A stretch of 64,000 nucleotides of DNA. It comes from a virus. This document shows positions 58,890 through 64,000 of the stretch, piece by piece. The stretch is from IMG/VR virus record IMGVR_UViG_3300031949_000008, positions 46,228 through 110,227 of that record; one strand, 5' to 3'. Numbering within the stretch: the first letter of the stretch is position 1; every line of letters starts with the position of its first letter. A program made the translations under genes and the position numbers. Under the pieces are notes generated by a model. That model did no database searches. It had not been told where the DNA came from and saw only the letters and a list, made by a program, of their open reading frames with translations.

Positions 58890-59132
58890 ATGAGTCTGGA
58901 AATATTAGAGAATATAATACCTCCAACAAAATTTAGAATACAAGATATGATAAGGGGGATAAGTTATGAATTTACTATTGGTGATATTGTAGAATGTAAG
59001 AATTATCCATATATACGTTGTAAATTACGTACTCATCCCTGTAATAAATGTACAATATCACTTTCATATCTCTCAAAAGAATCAGGAGTAGCATATTGTT
59101 CAAATTATCCTTTCGTAAAATCTAGTAGATAA
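58890..59132 (+). CDS. Small Cys-containing protein with MSLEILEN N-terminus
   Basis: AAGGAG RBS; shared N-terminal tag. Confidence 0.55.
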   Translation: MSLEILENIIPPTKFRIQDMIRGISYEFTIGDIVECKNYPYIRCKLRTHPCNKCTISLSYLSKESGVAYCSNYPFVKSSR

Positions 59133-59143
59133 AAAGGAATAAC

Positions 59144-59404
59144 ATGTCAACAGTTTATGTTTATAAGACCAAGAAAAAACAGATACTTGCAGTGCTAATA
59201 GGTACACCAGATGGAGAAGGTACTTCAAAAATTACAGTGCTAGATAGTAATATACCTCCTTCGAAAGCAGAATTAATTGATACATTTGAAGCTAATACTC
59301 AATGTGATTATATATCTGCTATGGTTCCTATCTTGCTTAAATATCTATCAGAAGATAAACGATTAATGAAGATAGTAAAGAGAATAGAGAAGGAGGGATT
59401 ATGA
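59144..59404 (+). CDS. Hypothetical protein
   Basis: ORF with RBS. Confidence 0.5.
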   Translation: MSTVYVYKTKKKQILAVLIGTPDGEGTSKITVLDSNIPPSKAELIDTFEANTQCDYISAMVPILLKYLSEDKRLMKIVKRIEKEGL

Positions 59405-59742
59405 ACGAATGTACTATGATTCATGTAAAATTTCCTGACTGTTTAGATTTGCTAAAATATTTATATCAACAAACATTATTGGACTGTTTTTATGTTAAAA
59501 TTCGCCCTCCATTTACCTCTTGTGATTCAGAAGATAATGGTGTTCGCAAGACATCAGATGGTCATACACTCTGTATAGAATTTGCATTTGCAAGTGATAT
59601 TGAAAAAGATCGTCTAAAATTATGGAAAACTTTAAATGATTATGGTATAAGAATAGTATGGAAAAAACTTGATAAAGGATATGAAATTGATGGTACTGGA
59701 AAGATACTTAAATCATGGGATTTAGATGATGGAATGTGTTAA
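59401..59742 (+). CDS. Hypothetical protein
   Basis: ORF with RBS. Confidence 0.5.
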   Translation: MNECTMIHVKFPDCLDLLKYLYQQTLLDCFYVKIRPPFTSCDSEDNGVRKTSDGHTLCIEFAFASDIEKDRLKLWKTLNDYGIRIVWKKLDKGYEIDGTGKILKSWDLDDGMC

Positions 59743-59937
59743 GGAGATAATATGACTGTTTATGAAATTTGGTATGAAACTAATGTTGGTCCTATTTTAT
59801 CTACTTATGAAAAAGCAATAGCATATTTAGAGCAAGATGGAGAGAAGTATGATCCATATCCATCTTCTGGTTATCCTTGTATTAAACATATTATAGTAGA
59901 TGATGAAGAAGTCTTTAGAGATAGATAGTGAGGGAAT

Positions 59938-60888
59938 ATGATCAAATTAGATTCACATTTAGATACCTTATATAAACTATATAAAGATTCCTCTCAACGA
60001 TATGATTTAACAAATAGGAAGAACCTAGATATAGATATTGAGAGATTAAAACAAGGAGACATTAATGTCTGTTTCTTTGCTCTTTGGCAGCCTCAATTAA
60101 TAGAAGACTCGCAAGAAGCTTTGATGAAAGTTGTTAAGAAATATGAATTTTTTCAGCAAGTGATCTTAGAAAATCCTGCTTTGGTCTTCTCAACCTCGCC
60201 CAAAGATATTAAAATAAATATGAATAACGATAAAATATCGGCATTTTTAGGATTAGAGAATGGGATTTCTATTGGAAAATCTTTAAATATTTTAAGATAT
60301 TATAATATATTGGGAATAAGTTACATGACATTATGTCACAATTATAATAATCAATTGTGTAGCTCGTCTACTGACAGCCCGTATCACAATGGATTAAGTA
60401 ACTTAGGAAAACAGACTATAAAAGAAATGAATAAGATAGGAATGATAATAGATATCTCTCATCTATCCGACAAATCAGTAGAAGATGTATTAGATATTTC
60501 TCAACTACCTGTCATTGCATCTCATTCTGGCTGCTATACAGTATATCCTAATTCACGGAACCTTAATGATAGATTGCTGGAAAAGATAGCACATAATGAG
60601 GGAGTTGTACAGGTTACATTATTGCCGAAGTGCGTTGGACAGAGAAATGATATCTCTAGCTTTGTCAATCATATAGATCATCTTCGTAGACTTATTGGCA
60701 TTGATTATATTGGAATTGGATCTGACTTTGATGGTGGGGGTGGGATAGTTGGATGTAGAGACATTAGTCAAGTAGATAATATCACTAAAGAATTACAGAG
60801 ACGTAAGTATAAAGAAGATGAGATAGAAAAGATATGGGGTTTAAACTTTTTAAGAGTTTATAGTCAAAACTACAAGAAAGGAGAATAA
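59938..60888 (+). CDS. Membrane/renal dipeptidase family (M19) amidohydrolase
   Basis: DSHLD, LGLENG, TLCHN, IDISH, ASHS, RNLND, IGSDFDG, IWGLNFLRV. Confidence 0.9.
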   Translation: MIKLDSHLDTLYKLYKDSSQRYDLTNRKNLDIDIERLKQGDINVCFFALWQPQLIEDSQEALMKVVKKYEFFQQVILENPALVFSTSPKDIKINMNNDKISAFLGLENGISIGKSLNILRYYNILGISYMTLCHNYNNQLCSSSTDSPYHNGLSNLGKQTIKEMNKIGMIIDISHLSDKSVEDVLDISQLPVIASHSGCYTVYPNSRNLNDRLLEKIAHNEGVVQVTLLPKCVGQRNDISSFVNHIDHLRRLIGIDYIGIGSDFDGGGGIVGCRDISQVDNITKELQRRKYKEDEIEKIWGLNFLRVYSQNYKKGE

Positions 60889-60890
60889 TT

Positions 60891-61673
60891 ATGAATATTC
60901 TTTTAAGAAACATTCCAGCAGGAGAACCATCAGCAACACGTCTCTTTAAGAGGATGCGAGAATTAGATGTAGATATACAAATTGTAGAGGACTATGAAGA
61001 ACTTATGCAACCAGCTGATTTTCTTATTCGTTGGGGATCGACAAAGAAATTCCCTATGAACCGTGGAGGAGTAGTAATTAATACAGCAGAGTCTATCAGG
61101 AATGGAGATGTAGATAAGGTAATAGGGCGCGAGATATTACAACAAGCAGGTGTTTCTGTACCACGGACATTCTTTTCAAAAGAAGATATATTAGAAGCTA
61201 ATAATGTACATTATCCATTAATTGGTAGGCAAAGACATCACGGTCAAGGAACTAACATAGAAGTAATTAAAGACAGAGCCGGTGTTAATAGGTCTATATC
61301 AGTATATTGGTCAGAATTTATCCCAAAAGATAGAGAATTTAGAACATATGTCTTTGGGAATAAAGTAATTGGTGTAGCTGAAAAGATTCCAAAAGATAAA
61401 AAAGATGTCGGGTGGAATAGTCATCTAGGAGCAACATTTATTGATGTGACTGAACCCTGGGATATTAATATGATAAACACAGGTCTAGCAGCCGCCAAGG
61501 AGATTGGTCATCATTTCTCTGGCGTAGATATTATGAAACTTAATGGTAAATATTACGTATTAGAAGTTAATACTGCTGTTGCTTTGTCTAATCCGCATAG
61601 AGTCGATATATTTGCAAGAGCATTTAAAGATGCAATTTATAATTTTGGGAGGTATGGAAAATTATGCAGATAA
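60891..61673 (+). CDS. ATP-grasp ligase (RimK/phiEco32-like) 1
   Basis: IRWG, DK...R..LQ..GVSVP, YPLIGR...HGQG, EFR.YV, GVDI...YYVLEVNTA. Confidence 0.85.
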   Translation: MNILLRNIPAGEPSATRLFKRMRELDVDIQIVEDYEELMQPADFLIRWGSTKKFPMNRGGVVINTAESIRNGDVDKVIGREILQQAGVSVPRTFFSKEDILEANNVHYPLIGRQRHHGQGTNIEVIKDRAGVNRSISVYWSEFIPKDREFRTYVFGNKVIGVAEKIPKDKKDVGWNSHLGATFIDVTEPWDINMINTGLAAAKEIGHHFSGVDIMKLNGKYYVLEVNTAVALSNPHRVDIFARAFKDAIYNFGRYGKLCR

Positions 61674-62494
61674 GTATTTCTAGAAGTGCAGGATCTAGCA
61701 TGACAACTATTGAAAGAATACTAGATCATTTAGATGATGCTAAACTGATTCAGCAAGAAGATATGGATAGAGCAAAGGTAGATATTTTATTTAGATTTGG
61801 GGGGGTTCGTACACAAAGGAGTTCTTTTGAAATAAATACCCCAACAATGATTAAAGCTATAAATAATAAACCATTTACACGAAGATTGCTATATGAAGGC
61901 CTTATATCTATTCCAGTAACATACTTCAGTAAAGCAGAAATAGAACAAGCTGATCATATACATTTTCCTCTTATAGGAAGAGCCAAATATCATTTACAAG
62001 GAAAAGGAGTTATAATTAGTAACAATATAAGAGATATAAAACTAGATACAAAGTCAAGATATTGGTCAGAAATAATTGATAAGGATAGAGAATATCGAGT
62101 TTATGTATTCTTTGGAAAAGTTATCGGGATGGAGGAAAAAATACCTAAAGATAGAAATAATATCGTATGGAATTTCCATGCTGGAAATTCTGTATTTAAA
62201 TCCATTAAATATATTAACTATCCTATTGATGTATGTGTATTAGCAATACAAGCAGCCAAATGTATAAATATAGATTTTTCTGCTGTTGATATTATTTCCA
62301 AGAAGAATAAGCATTATATTTTAGAATTGAATGCTTCTCCAAGTTGTAGTGCAAATAGATGTCATCGTATCGCACAAGTTCTAAATTGGGCAAAAGAGGA
62401 AATAGAAAGAGATGGTAGGAAGCCACAGCACTTTGTATTACCTAATATAATCAGAAGTTACAAGGAATTAATACATCCATGTCTGTATAAGTAG
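61664..62494 (+). CDS. ATP-grasp ligase (RimK/phiEco32-like) 2
   Basis: FRFG, FPLIGR...HLQGKG, EYRVYV, AVDI...YILELNASP. Confidence 0.85.
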   Translation: MQISISRSAGSSMTTIERILDHLDDAKLIQQEDMDRAKVDILFRFGGVRTQRSSFEINTPTMIKAINNKPFTRRLLYEGLISIPVTYFSKAEIEQADHIHFPLIGRAKYHLQGKGVIISNNIRDIKLDTKSRYWSEIIDKDREYRVYVFFGKVIGMEEKIPKDRNNIVWNFHAGNSVFKSIKYINYPIDVCVLAIQAAKCINIDFSAVDIISKKNKHYILELNASPSCSANRCHRIAQVLNWAKEEIERDGRKPQHFVLPNIIRSYKELIHPCLYK

Positions 62495-62528
62495 AGTCTA
62501 GTGAAAGAAGGACTATTGAGGATTGTAT

Positions 62529-62792
62529 ATGCCATTAGAAATATTAAATAACCCAGTTGCAGATAATTATCTAAAACCAGGATGGTATAAAGTCAATCAT
62601 AAGGATTATGGATATATAAAAAGTGGTAGTATAGTACATATAATAGATACTGTAGAGTGTGATAATATGAACGATATCCATTGTCAAGGATGTAAAGGTC
62701 TTCTAAAAATAGAACATGATAATATAATTGAGGCACACTGTTTCAGTTGGAATGGTGGCAAAGATAGACATAATATTTTTAAACCTATATAA
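62529..62792 (+). CDS. Small protein with MPLEILNN N-terminus
   Basis: GAGG RBS, ATG at 62529; C..C cluster. Confidence 0.55.
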   Translation: MPLEILNNPVADNYLKPGWYKVNHKDYGYIKSGSIVHIIDTVECDNMNDIHCQGCKGLLKIEHDNIIEAHCFSWNGGKDRHNIFKPI

Positions 62793-62806
62793 AGGAGGAT
62801 AAAGAA

Positions 62807-63088
62807 ATGGAGACAAATGTAAATAACGTTTTCTTCCATGAAAATATCACGAAAGAATCTATCAAAGATATGACAAGAAAAAATGTTGATATTATTCCTG
62901 CAATAAAAGAATTGATAGGACCTAATCCTATACCTGGTTTAGCGATTGTATCTATAGATGATGATGAAATTGTAGAAATTATTAATCATATTAACCAATC
63001 GCTAGAATATTATATTGCAGGAGAAGACGATATTAGACTTGGGAATACTACAATAACTATTTCAGCATTAATCGTAGATAAGATTTAA
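62807..63088 (+). CDS. Hypothetical protein
   Basis: AAGGAGG RBS. Confidence 0.55.
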   Translation: METNVNNVFFHENITKESIKDMTRKNVDIIPAIKELIGPNPIPGLAIVSIDDDEIVEIINHINQSLEYYIAGEDDIRLGNTTITISALIVDKI

Positions 63089-63123
63089 GTATTCATATAC
63101 TTTAGGTAAAAGGATAAAATATA

Positions 63124-63333
63124 ATGGTATTAGAAATATTAACAAATAATATGACAATAAAAAGAAATATTGTCGTAAATGGTATATTAGTATATTGTAT
63201 GTCTTGTGAACAACCAATGGATAGAAGTGGTTGGAGACATTTATGTCTGAAATGTGCTACTGATAAAACTATTGATAGTATGCATATGTGGCATAAAGCA
63301 GTTGAAATATTTCCTGAATTAAAATACACATAG
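63124..63333 (+). CDS. Small Zn-finger protein with MVLEILTN N-terminus
   Basis: CMSC...CLKC. Confidence 0.55.
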   Translation: MVLEILTNNMTIKRNIVVNGILVYCMSCEQPMDRSGWRHLCLKCATDKTIDSMHMWHKAVEIFPELKYT

Positions 63334-63342
63334 GAGATAGAT

Positions 63343-64000
63343 ATGGAGTTATTACTAGAATTTAAAAATTGTAATAGTTGTAAACTACCTACCATACATG
63401 AGACAGGATATCAACATACTATCATTAAACTACCAGGACTTCCGGCTTTATTTAAAAAGAATAAGCTTACTATGTTTGTTGCACGTTTAGGCATAGAAGC
63501 AATAACAGATACAAAACTAAATGTAGCAGATATTTTATATGCAGTAGAAAATAATAAGCTAGATGACCCGCCTTTACAATCTGATACAATTTATTGTTAT
63601 TGCAAATTAAAAAAGAGTAAAGCAGATTTAGATATATTAACTAAGTTAAATAGTGCTACTGCAAATAGAAAATCTATAACTGTTCTTATAGATAATATGA
63701 CGGGTTTTGAAGTAGATTATATTCCATTAGATATTCCAGTATATAAAGATATTATATTTAATTATATGGATAAAGAAATTGGCTTTTATAATATGAAAGC
63801 CAATATTTTATGGTTATGTGATATTGGTCATTATAAAGATAAATTTAAAGATAAATTATATAGTATTTTAACAACTATTTCTTATTATAAATTACGTGGA
63901 GAAATTCCAATATTACCTAATCTAACAATAGGGATAGATCCTGAATTCGAAATATTTGATGGAAAGACATTTATTCGTGCTGTTACTGTTATACAAGACG
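63343..64000 (+). CDS. Second COOH-NH2 ligase-like protein, truncated by the window edge
   Basis: Open frame from ATG 63343 to the window end, reaching LTIGIDPEFEIFDG, the G.DPE motif; not in the ORF track. Confidence 0.65.
   Translation, partial: MELLLEFKNCNSCKLPTIHETGYQHTIIKLPGLPALFKKNKLTMFVARLGIEAITDTKLNVADILYAVENNKLDDPPLQSDTIYCYCKLKKSKADLDILTKLNSATANRKSITVLIDNMTGFEVDYIPLDIPVYKDIIFNYMDKEIGFYNMKANILWLCDIGHYKDKFKDKLYSILTTISYYKLRGEIPILPNLTIGIDPEFEIFDGKTFIRAVTVIQD

Noticed and set aside
1-64000. Genome-wide stop-codon reassignment
   Set aside because: Long genes are intact in the standard code, and TAG/TGA stops coincide with the starts of neighbouring genes; the apparent TAG in the capsid gene is explained by an intron

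Overview
This window is a 64-kb segment of an AT-rich tailed phage with podovirus-like, SU10/phiEco32-type architecture. Positions 1-48050 hold a minus-strand late/virion arm: a ClpP-like protease, small and large terminase, portal, scaffold, major capsid protein, adaptor, tail and nozzle proteins, ejection proteins and a glycosyltransferase. Positions ~48500-64000 hold a plus-strand early arm: a sigma70 promoter, a highly structured leader, many tiny ORFs, tRNAs, an RNA ligase and a phiEco32-like peptide-ligase cluster. Five observations stand out. (1) A five-gene tailoring operon (two radical SAM/SPASM enzymes, a PanC-like HxGH ligase, a GNAT-like protein and an unknown) sits among the tail genes next to a tail protein carrying eight CxCxxxCY-type repeats; this is a candidate RiPP-like virion-modification system. 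(2) The major capsid gene is split by two group I introns, and the second carries its own copy of the capsid C-terminus. (3) A family of unrelated small early proteins shares an N-terminal M-x-LEIL-x-N tag. (4) Some early genes sit inside long inverted repeats within a back-to-back hairpin array. (5) A bipartite ATGTCACAA-N14-CTAyTTATATA motif occurs five times. All protein assignments come from motif recognition by eye; no database search was run.
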